64,000 nucleotides of DNA from an uncultured Acidimicrobiia bacterium. Lineage in GTDB: Bacteria > Actinomycetota > Acidimicrobiia > Acidimicrobiales > Ilumatobacteraceae. Below the pieces are notes generated by a model. The model did not search any database, had not been told where the DNA came from, and worked only from the letters and a program-made list of their open reading frames with translations. Every line of letters begins with the position of its first letter. Positions within the stretch are counted from its first letter, which is position 1. Location of the stretch: NCBI GenBank assembly GCA_963719775.1, contig CAVRCY010000011.1, forward strand, positions 6,156-70,155, in the 5' to 3' direction. The translations under genes were made by a program, and so were the position numbers. Positions 38,929 through 49,219 of the stretch are shown in pieces.

Positions 38929-39485
38929 CGAGGATCGGGATCATCCTCGGCAGCACTCGTCCCGGGCGCAAGGGCGAGGCGGTCGCCCGCTGGGTGTACG
39001 AGGTCGCCGCGCAACGTACGGACGCCGAGTTCGAGCTCGTCGACCTCCTCGACTACAAGCTGCCTCACCTCGACGAGGAGGTCCCGCCGTCCTTGGGCCA
39101 GTACGCGCAGCCCCATACGCTGGAATGGGCGAACAAGATCGCGTCGTTCGATGGCTTCGTGATGGTGACACCGGAGTACAACCACTCGACGTCGGGTGCG
39201 CTGAAGAATGCCATCGATTTCCTGTATGCCGAGTGGAACAACAAGGCCGTCGGCTTCGTCGGCTACGGATCGGTCGGCGGTACTCGGGCCGTTGAGCATC
39301 TGCGCCTGGTTGCCGCCGAGCTGCAAATGGCGGACGTGCGGTCGCAGGTGGCGCTGTCGCTGTTCACGGACTTCGAAAACTTCAGCGTGTTCAGGCCTCA
39401 GGACTTCCAGCTCGAGCCGCTCCACACCACACTCAACCAGGTCGTGGCCTGGAGCATGGCGCTCGCACCCCTGCGCGCCCTCTGA
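38925..39485 (+). CDS. NAD(P)H-dependent FMN reductase
   Basis: MTRIGIILGSTRPGRKGEAVARWV, VTPEYNHSTSGALKNAIDFL. Its ATG overlaps the upstream stop. Confidence 0.8.
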   Translation: MTRIGIILGSTRPGRKGEAVARWVYEVAAQRTDAEFELVDLLDYKLPHLDEEVPPSLGQYAQPHTLEWANKIASFDGFVMVTPEYNHSTSGALKNAIDFLYAEWNNKAVGFVGYGSVGGTRAVEHLRLVAAELQMADVRSQVALSLFTDFENFSVFRPQDFQLEPLHTTLNQVVAWSMALAPLRAL

Positions 39486-39566
39486 CCGGTCGCCCGCGTG
39501 GATCCTTTCGCGTCGGATTTGCGGCGCCAGCCACGTCCCCAAAGCACCAACGACTGGAGTTCTGAT

Positions 39567-41913
39567 GTGAGCGACGGGACCCGGACTGCCTTTCGAACCT
39601 GCCCTCTGTGCGAGGCCGGCTGCGGGCTCGAGATCACACTCCGGACGGGAGCCGACGGCCGGGAGGCAGTCACCCGCATCCGGGGCGACAGGGCCGACGT
39701 CTTCAGCCGCGGGTTCATCTGCCCGAAGGGGTCGGCGCTCAAGCCACTGCAGGAAGACCCCGATCGGCTGCGCCGGCCCCTCGTCAAGCGTGACGGCACC
39801 TTCGTCGAAGTCGATTGGGACGAGGCCTGGGCCGAGGTCGACCGCCGCCTGCGTCGCCTGATCGACGCCCACGGCCGCAAGGCCATCGGGGTGTACGTCG
39901 GCAACCCGACGGCCCACAGCGTCGGGGCGATGCTGTACCTGAGCACGCTCCTGAGGGCGCTCGGCACCAAGTCCGTGTACACGGCGAGCACCGCCGACCA
40001 GCGCCCGAAGGAGGTGTCGGCGGGGCTGATGTTCGGGACCACCAATTCCGTGCCGGTGCCCGATGTCGACCGAACCGACTTCCTGCTCATGCTCGGGGCG
40101 AATCCGTGGGCGTCGAACGGGAGCCTCGCCACCGCACCCGACTGGCCGGGGCGCATCGAGGCGTTGCGGGCGCGGGGCGGCACGCTCGTCGTCGTGGACC
40201 CACGCCGTAGCCGCACCGCGCAAGCGGCATCGCAGTGGGTGCCGATCCGCCCGGGCACCGACGCCCACCTGCTGGCGGCGATGGCGAACGTATTGATCAC
40301 CGAAGGGCTGGTCGACCTCGGCACCGTGGCCGACTCTGTCGAGGGCGTCGACATCGTGGCGTCCGTCGTGGCGCCATTCACGCCCGATGCCGTCGCCCCG
40401 ATCACCGGGATCAGCGCCGGCGCCACGCCGCGATCTGGCTCGCCGGCTGGCCGCCGCACCCAGTGCCGCGGTGTACGGGCGGATCGGCACGACCACTCAG
40501 GCGTACGGCACACTCGCCAGCTGGCTGGTGGACGTGCTCAACGTGTGCACTGGCAACCTGGACCGGCCCGGCGGGGCCATGTTCAGCACCGGCGCGGCAG
40601 GCGCCGCCAACACGAGGGGCACGCCAGGCAAGGGTCGAGGGGTCACGATCCACCGACGTCGCAGCCGGGTGCGCGGGCTGCCGGAGACGAACGGTGAGTT
40701 GCCAGTGGCCGCCCTCGCCGAGGAGATCGACACGCCCGGCGACGGGCAGCTGAAGGCGATGGTGACGATCGCCGGGAACCCGGTGCTTTCGACCCCGAAC
40801 GCCGGTCGCCTCGACGCCGCCCTCGACCAGCTCGAGTTCATGGTGTCCGTCGACATCTACGTCAACGAGACGACCCACCACGCCGACGTCATCCTCCCCG
40901 TGCCGTCGCCGCTCCAACGCCCCCACTACGACATCGCGCTGATGCAGATGGCGGTGCACAACGTGGCCCACTGGTCCGAACCGGTGCTGCCGCTCGACGA
41001 CGGTCAGCCCGACGAGTGGGAGGTGCTGGCCAAGTTGGCGCTGATCGCCGAGGGACTCGGACCTGACGCCGATCCAACCCGGGTCGACGACCGAAGGATC
41101 GGCTCCCTCGTGCAGGCCGCGGTGAGCGATGACTACAGCCCGTTCGCCGGGCACGATCCGGCCGACGTGCTGGCCGCGCTGGAGCCCCGCACCGGCCCAG
41201 CCCGCCTTGTCGACTTCATGTTGCGCAGCGGGCCCTACCAACTCACCCTCGACGACCTGCTCGAGCACCCGCACGGCATCGACCTCGGTCCGCTCGTTCC
41301 CCGCATCCCCGAACTGCTGCGAACGCCGAGCGGCAAGATCGAATTGGCGCCAGCGCTGATCGTCGCCGATGTGGCCCGGTTGCAGGCCAGCCTCACCGAT
41401 GGGACCGCCACGGGGACCGCCGAGCGCCCGTTCCTGCTCGTCGGGCGGCGGGACCTGCGCTCGAACAATTCGTGGATGCACAACATCAACGCACTCGTCA
41501 AGGGCAAACCCCGGTGCACCGTGCACATGCATCCCGACGACGCCGCCAGGCTCGCGCTCAACGACGGCGACCCGGCGATCGTTGCCAGCCGGGTTGGCGC
41601 GGTGACCATCCCGGTGGAGGTCACCGACAGCATCATGCCCGGCGTCGTGAGCATCCCACACGGCTGGGGGCACTCGGCGCCGGGCATCCAGCTCCGCGTC
41701 GCCAGCGAGCATGCCGGCGTGAACTCCAACTTGCTCGCCGACGAGGAGCTGTACGAACCGGTGAGCGGCACGGTCGTGCTGAACGGGATCCCGGTGTCGG
41801 TCGCCCCGCCGGCGCTGGTCGAACCAGGACCGCTGCTCGAAGATGCCGGGCTCAGGGACCCGGACGGCGTCGAGGAGCAACGGTTCAGTCTCGGGCGAAA
41901 AGGACCCCCATGA
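39567..41913 (+). pseudogene. molybdopterin (bis-MGD) oxidoreductase with an N-terminal 4Fe-4S Cys motif; frame break near 40425-40432
   Basis: CPLCEAGCGLEI...GFICPKG, then the MGD-binding body. ORFs 39498..40697 and 40387..41913 overlap. The join is ...APITGISAGAT / RDLARRLAAAPSAAVYGRIGTTTQ. Confidence 0.8.
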
Positions 41914-43544
41914 GCGACGAGACCCAGGGGCGCAGCAACGGGACCGAATGGAACCTGGCCGATGTGTGGGAGGCGGTGGCGGCGCGGTTCCCGGCGGAAC
42001 CGGCGCTGCGTCACGGGGATCGGGTCATCTCGTGGCGGGAGTTCGACGAGCGGGCGAACGGAGTGGCCGCCGCGCTCCTCGCGGCGGGGCTGTCGCATCA
42101 GGACAAGGTGGCCCAGTACATGCGCAACCGGCCCGAGTACCTGGAGTCCTTTTTCGCCACGGTCAAGGCTGGGCTCGTTGCGGTCAACACCAACTACCGC
42201 TACGTCGACGACGAGCTCATCTACCTGTGGGGGAACAGCGATACGACCGCCGTCGTGTTCGACGCCGAGTTCACCGACGTGTGCGCCCGGCTCAGGCCGA
42301 GCCTGCCCGACGTCCGGTGCTGGCTCCGGGTCGGGGACGAAACCGGCGCCCCGAGCTGGGCGACGCCGTACGAGCAGGCGGCGCACGCCCATCGGGACCG
42401 GGTGGTCGGGGACTGGGGACGATCGGGCGACGATCTCTATCTGCTCTACACCGGTGGCACGACGGGCATGCCCAAGGGTGTGATGTGGCGCCAAGACGAC
42501 CTGTTCCGGATGATGGAGTCCACCTTTGGCGACTGGGCGGATGGCCCCGCCGACGCCGCGGGTTGGGCGGCGCGACTGCCCAGACCGGCCCCGCCGGCGT
42601 TGCCTGCGCCACCACTGATGCACGGCACGGCGTGCTGGTTCGCCTTCCCCGTGCTCGCCAGGGGCGGCACCGTGGTGACCTTGACCGGCACCTCATTCGA
42701 TCCACTGGAGCTGCTCGACACGGTTGTCGCCACGGGCGTCCGCCGGCTGTGCATCGTTGGTGACGCCTTCGCCAAGCCGCTGCTGCGACAACTTGACGCC
42801 GACCCGACCCGCTGGGACCTGTCGAAGCTGCAGGTCATCGTGTCGTCGGGCGCGATGCTCAGCGAGGACAGCAAGCAGCGCCTGCTGGGGTACGCCCCGC
42901 GGCTGCAGATCTTCGACGGGCTCGGCACGTCGGAGTCGGGGAACGTGGCGACCACCACGACCTCGCGGGGAGACGAGACGGGGACCGCCCGTTTCAAACT
43001 CTCGCCGAACACCCGAGTGGTCGACGACGCCGGCCGCGACGTGGTGCCGGGGTCGGGGCAGTCGGGCAGGCTGGCCGTCGGGGGGTACATCCCCCTCGGC
43101 TACTACCGCGACCCGGAGAAGACGGCGGCCACGTTCATCTTGCTCGATGGCCGGCGTTACGTCATCGCCGGCGACTGGGCGACCGTCGACGTCGATGGGG
43201 GGATCACCCTGCTCGGCCGCGGCTCGTCGAGCATCAACACCGCCGGCGAGAAGGTGTATCCCGAGGAGGTCGAGGAAGTGCTCAAGCAGTCCGCCGGGGT
43301 GCGCGACGCAGCGGTGGTCGGCGTGCCTGACGAGCGCTTCGGCGAGGCTGTGGTGGCGCTGGTCGAGCCCGACGCCGGCCACGACCTCGACGAGGCGGCA
43401 CTCATCACCCACGTCAAGCAGCGCCTCGCTGCGTACAAGGCGCCGCGGCGCGTCTTCATCGTCGAGTCGGTGGGCCGGGGGCCGAACGGCAAACTCGACC
43501 ACAACCGGCTCAAGCATCTCGCCCGGGATCTGGCAGGGCGATGA
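41910..43544 (+). CDS. AMP-dependent acyl-CoA synthetase (FadD-like)
   Basis: ATG 41910 overlaps the upstream stop (ATGA). YTGGTTGMPKGVMW, GLGTSE, GDWATVDVDGGITLLGRGSSSINTAGEKVYPEEVE, GPNGKLD. Confidence 0.85.
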   Translation: MSDETQGRSNGTEWNLADVWEAVAARFPAEPALRHGDRVISWREFDERANGVAAALLAAGLSHQDKVAQYMRNRPEYLESFFATVKAGLVAVNTNYRYVDDELIYLWGNSDTTAVVFDAEFTDVCARLRPSLPDVRCWLRVGDETGAPSWATPYEQAAHAHRDRVVGDWGRSGDDLYLLYTGGTTGMPKGVMWRQDDLFRMMESTFGDWADGPADAAGWAARLPRPAPPALPAPPLMHGTACWFAFPVLARGGTVVTLTGTSFDPLELLDTVVATGVRRLCIVGDAFAKPLLRQLDADPTRWDLSKLQVIVSSGAMLSEDSKQRLLGYAPRLQIFDGLGTSESGNVATTTTSRGDETGTARFKLSPNTRVVDDAGRDVVPGSGQSGRLAVGGYIPLGYYRDPEKTAATFILLDGRRYVIAGDWATVDVDGGITLLGRGSSSINTAGEKVYPEEVEEVLKQSAGVRDAAVVGVPDERFGEAVVALVEPDAGHDLDEAALITHVKQRLAAYKAPRRVFIVESVGRGPNGKLDHNRLKHLARDLAGR

Positions 43545-43570
43545 GACGCGACAGCGGGGTGTCCGCGACG

Positions 43571-43635
43571 AATCATTCGAACCAGGTGACGCTGGCTCAC
43601 CCTCCCAGCCATCAGCCTTGGCATCGATGGACAGG
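43571..43635 (+). promoter_or_regulatory. Box 2 copy B
   Basis: AATCATTCGAACCAGGTGACGCTGGCTCACCC-N10-CAGCCT-N5-TCGATGGACAGG, between the ligase stop (43544) and the dioxygenase ATG (43787). Confidence 0.55.
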
Positions 43636-43786
43636 CTTCGCCAGAGCGGCCCGGATCGATCGGGACGATCGGTAGCGACAGCCAACACCGTTGACGTACA
43701 ACCCGTCCACGCGCAGAGGTGGCCGAGCGCGGTAGCGAGCGGGTGCGGAGGCCGCCCATTCTGCTCACTCGTCGGGAGAAACCTCC

Positions 43787-44686
43787 ATGTCACTGCACCG
43801 CCTCACTGACATCACTCTCGGCGTCCCGAACGTCGAGGCGGCAGCCGAGTACTACACCCAGTTCGGACTCATCCCCCAGCCCTTGGTCGATCCTGCCGAG
43901 CACTGGTTCGGCACCGTTGACGGCGGCCCACGGCAATTGCGCATCGTCGAAGCCCCGATCCGCAGGCTCCTGTCTCTTGGCATCGGTGCCGACGACCACG
44001 ACGACCTCGGTCGCGTCGACGCGTCGCTGCAGCGCTTCGGCGCGACCAGTGGCGTCGCAGGCGACCAGCTCAAGACGAAGGAACCGGTGACCGGTCTCGA
44101 CGTCACCGTTTCGATAGCGCCCCGCGTCAAGCCGAAGCCTGCGACCGAACCGCGGCATCCCAACGTGCGCGCCGCTTCTCTGCTGCGGACGGAACCGGCG
44201 CGCCCGCGCAAGCTTGGGCACGTCTTCGTCGGATCCACCGACGCGCCCACCTCGCAGCGCTTCTTCACCGAGGGTCTCGGGTTCAAGATCAGTGACGAGG
44301 TCAGGGACACCGCCACGTTCATGCGCTGTTCCACGGATCACCACAACGTGGTCGTCGGAACCGCGCCGGTCAACTACCTGCACCACACGTCATGGGAGGT
44401 CGCCGACATCGACGAGATCGGCCGGGCCGCGAAGGCCGCTCTGGAGGGCCACCCCGAACGTCACGTCTGGGGTGCGGGGCGCCTCTGGGTCGGTGCGAAC
44501 TACTTCTACTACCTGCGCGACCCGGCCGGGAACATGACTGAGTACTACGCCGACATGGACGAGATCACCGACGATCAGCTGTGGAAGCCGGGCGTCTTCG
44601 AGGTCGCCACCTTGTGGGGTCCACCGCTTCCGCCTTCGCTGATCCAGCCCGATGACCTCGCCGAGCTGATGGCCAGTTCTCACTGA
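43787..44686 (+). CDS. two-domain VOC-family extradiol ring-cleavage dioxygenase
   Basis: LGHVFVGSTD, HHTSWEVADIDEIG, HVWGAGRLWVGANYFYYLRDPAGNMTEYYAD. Confidence 0.8.
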   Translation: MSLHRLTDITLGVPNVEAAAEYYTQFGLIPQPLVDPAEHWFGTVDGGPRQLRIVEAPIRRLLSLGIGADDHDDLGRVDASLQRFGATSGVAGDQLKTKEPVTGLDVTVSIAPRVKPKPATEPRHPNVRAASLLRTEPARPRKLGHVFVGSTDAPTSQRFFTEGLGFKISDEVRDTATFMRCSTDHHNVVVGTAPVNYLHHTSWEVADIDEIGRAAKAALEGHPERHVWGAGRLWVGANYFYYLRDPAGNMTEYYADMDEITDDQLWKPGVFEVATLWGPPLPPSLIQPDDLAELMASSH

Positions 44687-44708
44687 GCCGGTGAGGAGGC
44701 AAGTGCTG

Positions 44709-45410
44709 ATGACGAGCGACACGACCCAGCTGCTCCACCCGTACCCCGACCTGCCCTTGAGAGTGAGAACTGTCGGTGCCGGTCGGCCCGTCCTCGTGTT
44801 GCACGGCGGACACGGCCCAACCAACACCGCGGCCGTCGTCGATCACTTCGCGCCCTCCTCCACGGTGTTGGCGCCGACCCATCCCGGCTGGGATGGCACG
44901 CCTCGACCCGACTGGTTCGCCGGCATCGACGACCTCGCCGTTACCTACCTGAATCTGCTCGAAGACCGTGAACTGGGCGACGTGTTGGTTGTCGCGACGT
45001 CGTTCGGCGGCTGGATCGCGTCCGAGATGGCCGTCCGTGACCGCGGTCACAGCATCAGCCGGTTGATCTTGATCGACGCAATCGGGCCCGAGGTCCCCGG
45101 GCATCAGGTGCAGGTGCAGGAGCCCGGCGACGACAGCCCCGTGCCCAAGATCATGGAGGTGGTCTACGCCTATGCCGGTCGGTCCTTGCGCGACCCCAAG
45201 CTGTTGCGTCGGCTCGGCCGAGTCGGGATACCCACCCTGGTGCTCTGGGGTGAGAATGACAGCGCCGTCACACCCGAATTCGGCCAGGCCTACGCCGACG
45301 CGTTCGCCAAAGCCCGTTTCGAGATCATCCCCGGCGCCGCCCACATGCCCGTGGTCGAGGCGCCGGACGCCACCTTTGCCGCCATCGAGGCCTTCCTCGC
45401 GGAGTCATGA
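44709..45410 (+). CDS. alpha/beta hydrolase (meta-cleavage-product hydrolase-like context)
   Basis: GAGGAGG lies 9 nt before ATG 44709. VLVLHGG, ATSFGGWIASE (GxSxG variant), LWGENDSAV, AAHMPVVEAP. Confidence 0.7.
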   Translation: MTSDTTQLLHPYPDLPLRVRTVGAGRPVLVLHGGHGPTNTAAVVDHFAPSSTVLAPTHPGWDGTPRPDWFAGIDDLAVTYLNLLEDRELGDVLVVATSFGGWIASEMAVRDRGHSISRLILIDAIGPEVPGHQVQVQEPGDDSPVPKIMEVVYAYAGRSLRDPKLLRRLGRVGIPTLVLWGENDSAVTPEFGQAYADAFAKARFEIIPGAAHMPVVEAPDATFAAIEAFLAES

Positions 45411-45431
45411 CGTGGTGAGGAGTGACGCAAA

Positions 45432-46184
45432 ATGACGCTGCAGGGCAAGGTCGCGTTGGTGACCGGGGCGTCCCGGGGCATCGGTCGTGCCATCGCCGAA
45501 CGTCTCGGTGGTGACGGCGCCGACGTCGTGGTCAATTTCTACTCGAACCGGCCGGACGACGAGCGCGTGCGAGCGGACCAGGTCGTGCGCGCTCTCGAGA
45601 AGCGCGGTGTCGCCGCAGTGGCCGCCGAAGCCGACGTCGCTGACGCCACGCAGCTGCGCAGGCTGTTCGACATCGCCGAGAAGCAGTTCGGCGGGCTGGA
45701 CATCGTCGTGAACAACGCGGCGGCATGGCGGTTCGCTCCCATCGCGAACGCCACCGACGATGACTTCGACCTTGTCTTCACCACCAACGTCCGTGCCGCA
45801 TTCATCGCGATGCACGAGGCCGCCAACCGAGTCCGCGACGGGGGCCGGGTGGTGACGATCGGTGCGGGACTGGCCCTCATGCCCCGTCCCGGCACCGCGC
45901 TGTACGGGGCCAGCAAGGCTGCCGTCGATCACATGGTCCGCGTACTGGCTCACGAGCTCGGCCCTCGGCAGATCACTGTCAATAGCGTGCTGCCCGGCGC
46001 CGTCAACACGGATGCGCTGAGAGAGAACATGGACAGTGCGGCGGTTGAGGGCGAGATCGCCGTGACTCCGCTCCGCCGTATCGGCGAACCGGAGGACATC
46101 GCCAGCATCGTTGCGTTCCTGGCCTCCGATGAGGGCCGCTGGGTTACCGGCCAACGCATCGGCGCTGGCGGTGGGATGTTCTGA
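45432..46184 (+). CDS. SDR-family oxidoreductase (FabG-like)
   Basis: ALVTGASRGIGRAIA, NNAA, YGASKAAV, TGQRIGAGGG. Confidence 0.85.
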   Translation: MTLQGKVALVTGASRGIGRAIAERLGGDGADVVVNFYSNRPDDERVRADQVVRALEKRGVAAVAAEADVADATQLRRLFDIAEKQFGGLDIVVNNAAAWRFAPIANATDDDFDLVFTTNVRAAFIAMHEAANRVRDGGRVVTIGAGLALMPRPGTALYGASKAAVDHMVRVLAHELGPRQITVNSVLPGAVNTDALRENMDSAAVEGEIAVTPLRRIGEPEDIASIVAFLASDEGRWVTGQRIGAGGGMF

Positions 46185-46252
46185 CGGGCAGTTCGTCGGT
46201 TGAAGGATCGTTCGGGAGTCGCGGGGGATTTCCCGTCGCGGAGGGGTCCGCC

Positions 46253-49039
46253 GTGGTGATGCTTGCAGATCGTTCGTCGGACCAGAACGGTGACGGTTTG
46301 GTCGGGCGGGCCGAAGAACTCGAGCTGATCACATCGTTCCTCGAGCGGGCGGTGATCGCCGGCGGTGTGTTGCTCGTCGCGGGGGAACCCGGCATCGGCA
46401 AGACTGCGTTGCTGAACAGCGCAGCCGAGGATGCGAGGGGGTCCGGCTCTCGCGTGTTGCGGGTGGAGGGGGTGGAGTTCGAAGCGAGTTTGGCGTTCTC
46501 CGGTCTGAACCAGTTGTTGATGCCGCTCGTCGGTGAGTTCGATGAGCTCGCCGAGTTGCATCGCGATGCGTTGACGTCGGCGCTTGGGCTGGGCAATGGC
46601 TCGACGCCTGACCGGTTGGTGGTGTCAACCGCCGCGCTGGCGTTGCTGCGGCAGACGGCGGAGTCGCGTCCCCTTCTGCTTGTTGCGGATGACGTGCACT
46701 GGCTTGATCGCTCCAGTGGTCAGGTGTTGAGTTTCGTGGCTCGCCGCCTCGCCGGTAGCCGGGTGGGGTTGTTGGTGGCGGCTCGCGCGGGGATCGGGAG
46801 CTTCTTCGATGGTGGAGGCCTTCCGATCCTCGAGTTGGGACCGTTGGATGAAATGGCGGCGAGCGTGTTGTTGCAGTCACGATTTCCGATGCTTGCGCCG
46901 CGGGCGCGTGCTCGTGTGTTGGATGACTCGCAAGGAAACCCACTCGCGCTGTTGGAGTTGCCGGGTGCGCTGGGCGGGCGGCAAGGAATTGCCCGTCTGA
47001 CGGTGCCAGCGGTGCTGCCCCTCACCAAGCGCCTTCAGGCCTTGTTCGCGTCTCGCGTCGGGGAGCAATCGGCGGCCACGCGGAGGTTGTTGCTACTTGC
47101 AGTGCTGGACGGCACGGGCGAGCTCGACGTGCTGCGATCCGCTTCCGGGGATCTCCATCTCGAAGGGCTTGTCGCTGCGCACCGAGCCGGACTCATAGAG
47201 GTCGAGGAAGGTAGCTGTCGGATCGTGTTCCGGCACCCGCTCACCCGCTCTGGCGTGGTGGCACTCTCGACGCCGGATGAGCGACGGTCGGCGCACCTGA
47301 CGCTGGCTGACGCGCTTCTCGAGCAGCCGGAACGTCGGGCCTGGCACCTCGCCGAGGCGACCGGCGAGCCCGACGAGGAGGTCGCCGGTTTGATCGAGAC
47401 GGTGGCCCAGCGGATCCTGCGACGTGGTGATCGGGTCGGTGCGGTTGCCGCCCTCATACGGGCGGCTGAGCTGAGCCCGCGTCCGGCCGACCGCGGCCGT
47501 CGACTGACCCGGGCCGCCAATGTCGGACGGGTGAACGGCGACCTACGCGATGTGTCGCGGCTGCTCGAGGAGGCGCAGCGGGCCGACCCGCAGTGCAGCG
47601 AGTCGCTCGAGGCCGCCGTGGCCGCGTCGCATGTTCTCCTCACCGACCAGGGTGACGTCGACACTGCCCACCGCCTTCTGGTCGGGGCAATCAAGCTGCG
47701 AACCGACCGCTCGGACACCGTCGACAGTGTGCTTGCCGACGCGCTCCAGATGCTCCTCTATCTGTGCTGGTTCGGGGGACGTGATGAGTTGTGGAAGCCG
47801 CTCGAGGATGCGATCTCCCGCCTCGAGCCCAACATTCCCGAGGTGCTCCGCCTGTGCAGCGCGTTCTATGCGGATCCGGCGCGGGTCTCGCTGCCGGCGC
47901 TCGCTCGGCTCGACGTGGCTATCGGCGCCCTGCACGAGTTGGTCGACCCGGCGGATGTCGCGAGGATCGTCGACGCGGCGATCTTCGTCGACCGGCTGGG
48001 CGGCTGCCGGGAGACCCTCTGGCGAGTCCTGAAAGACGGTCGTGCGGGTATCGGCAACATTTCGCTACACACCGCGCTGATCGCCCTCGCGATCGACGAC
48101 TACATGATCGGTCAATGGGAGGAAGCCGACGAACTGCTCGACGAACTGCTGCAACTGTTTCAGGACCTCGGCTATCACATGGTGTGGCCGGTCCATCACG
48201 TCAAGGCCCTCCTCGCGGCGGCCCGCGGTGACGTCGAGGCGACGTGGACGTTGACCCAAGAGATGTCGCGATGGGCCGAGCCGCGAGGGATGCACGCGGT
48301 CCGCTGGTACTGCTGTCACGCCCGAACACTCGCCGCGCTGGCCCAGGGTGATTTCGAGTACGCATACCTGCAGGCCGCTGCCATCAGCCCGCCCGGCACG
48401 TTCGCGCCGCACGTCCCGCACGCAGTCTGGGTTGCCATGGATCTCGTCGAGGCAGCGGTACACACCAACCGCCATGCCGAAGCGGCGGCGCACGCGAACG
48501 CCATGCGCGAGCAAGGGATCGCCGCGTTGTCCCCGCGACTGGCACTGCTAGCAGGCGCATCTGCCGCTCTCACCGCTGCCGATGATCAGACCGCCCAGTC
48601 GTTCGAGGAAGCGTTGGCCCTCCCCGGGATCGACCGTTGGCCGTTCGACCGGGCGCGAGTGCAACTCGCCTACGGCGCCCGTCTCCGACGGACCGGCGCC
48701 AGGATCGAAGCACGCAAATACCTGTCGGCGGCGCTCGACACCTTCCAGTGGCTCGGGGCACGCCCATGGGCGGCGCGAACCGCTGATGAGCTGCGTGCGA
48801 CGGGCAGGACCAGTAACCGCGGTAGGGCTTGGCACCCCGCTCAGCTCACCCCGCAGCAACACCAGATCGCGATGCTTGCCGCGGCCGGCATGACCAACAA
48901 GGAGATCGGCGAGCGGCTGGCTCTCTCCCACCGCACCGTCGCCACACATCTCCACCGCATTTTCCCGAAACTCGGCATCGCCACCCGCTCGGCACTGCGC
49001 GACGCGCTCGGACCCGGCCGCAGTACCGGCATCGATTGA
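46253..49039 (+). CDS. large ATP-binding LuxR-family regulator (LAL), intact, 928 aa
   Basis: GEPGIGKTALL P-loop, helical repeats, and C-terminal LTPQQHQIAMLAAAGMTNKEIGERLALSHRTVATHLHRIFPKLG. Confidence 0.85.
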   Translation: MVMLADRSSDQNGDGLVGRAEELELITSFLERAVIAGGVLLVAGEPGIGKTALLNSAAEDARGSGSRVLRVEGVEFEASLAFSGLNQLLMPLVGEFDELAELHRDALTSALGLGNGSTPDRLVVSTAALALLRQTAESRPLLLVADDVHWLDRSSGQVLSFVARRLAGSRVGLLVAARAGIGSFFDGGGLPILELGPLDEMAASVLLQSRFPMLAPRARARVLDDSQGNPLALLELPGALGGRQGIARLTVPAVLPLTKRLQALFASRVGEQSAATRRLLLLAVLDGTGELDVLRSASGDLHLEGLVAAHRAGLIEVEEGSCRIVFRHPLTRSGVVALSTPDERRSAHLTLADALLEQPERRAWHLAEATGEPDEEVAGLIETVAQRILRRGDRVGAVAALIRAAELSPRPADRGRRLTRAANVGRVNGDLRDVSRLLEEAQRADPQCSESLEAAVAASHVLLTDQGDVDTAHRLLVGAIKLRTDRSDTVDSVLADALQMLLYLCWFGGRDELWKPLEDAISRLEPNIPEVLRLCSAFYADPARVSLPALARLDVAIGALHELVDPADVARIVDAAIFVDRLGGCRETLWRVLKDGRAGIGNISLHTALIALAIDDYMIGQWEEADELLDELLQLFQDLGYHMVWPVHHVKALLAAARGDVEATWTLTQEMSRWAEPRGMHAVRWYCCHARTLAALAQGDFEYAYLQAAAISPPGTFAPHVPHAVWVAMDLVEAAVHTNRHAEAAAHANAMREQGIAALSPRLALLAGASAALTAADDQTAQSFEEALALPGIDRWPFDRARVQLAYGARLRRTGARIEARKYLSAALDTFQWLGARPWAARTADELRATGRTSNRGRAWHPAQLTPQQHQIAMLAAAGMTNKEIGERLALSHRTVATHLHRIFPKLGIATRSALRDALGPGRSTGID

Positions 49040-49092
49040 CAAGCGCCGCCGGACACTGCCTCCTGGCAGGGCGACAGCCGATCGGCGGGCCG

Positions 49093-49118
49093 TTACGTCA
49101 TTTGACGCTAGCGAGAGC
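49093..49118 (+). promoter_or_regulatory. Box 1 copy 6 (TTACGTCATTTGACGCTAGCGAGAGC)
   Basis: 13-mer at 49103-49115. CACGCT at 49134-49139 lies 19 nt after TAGCGA. The hydrolase ATG 49220 follows GGAAAGGAG. Confidence 0.55.
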
Positions 49119-49219
49119 ACCTACCGAGACACTCACGCTAGAGGAACTCCCATGACAGACGATCCGAACGATCTGGGCCGCGGGGTGATCAGGACACTCG
49201 TCCCGGAAAGGAGTGCCCG

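Noticed and set aside
38826-40496. 556-aa minus-strand ORF
   Set aside because: It is antisense to the FMN reductase and Mo-oxidoreductase genes, and its composition is Arg/Gly/Pro-rich.
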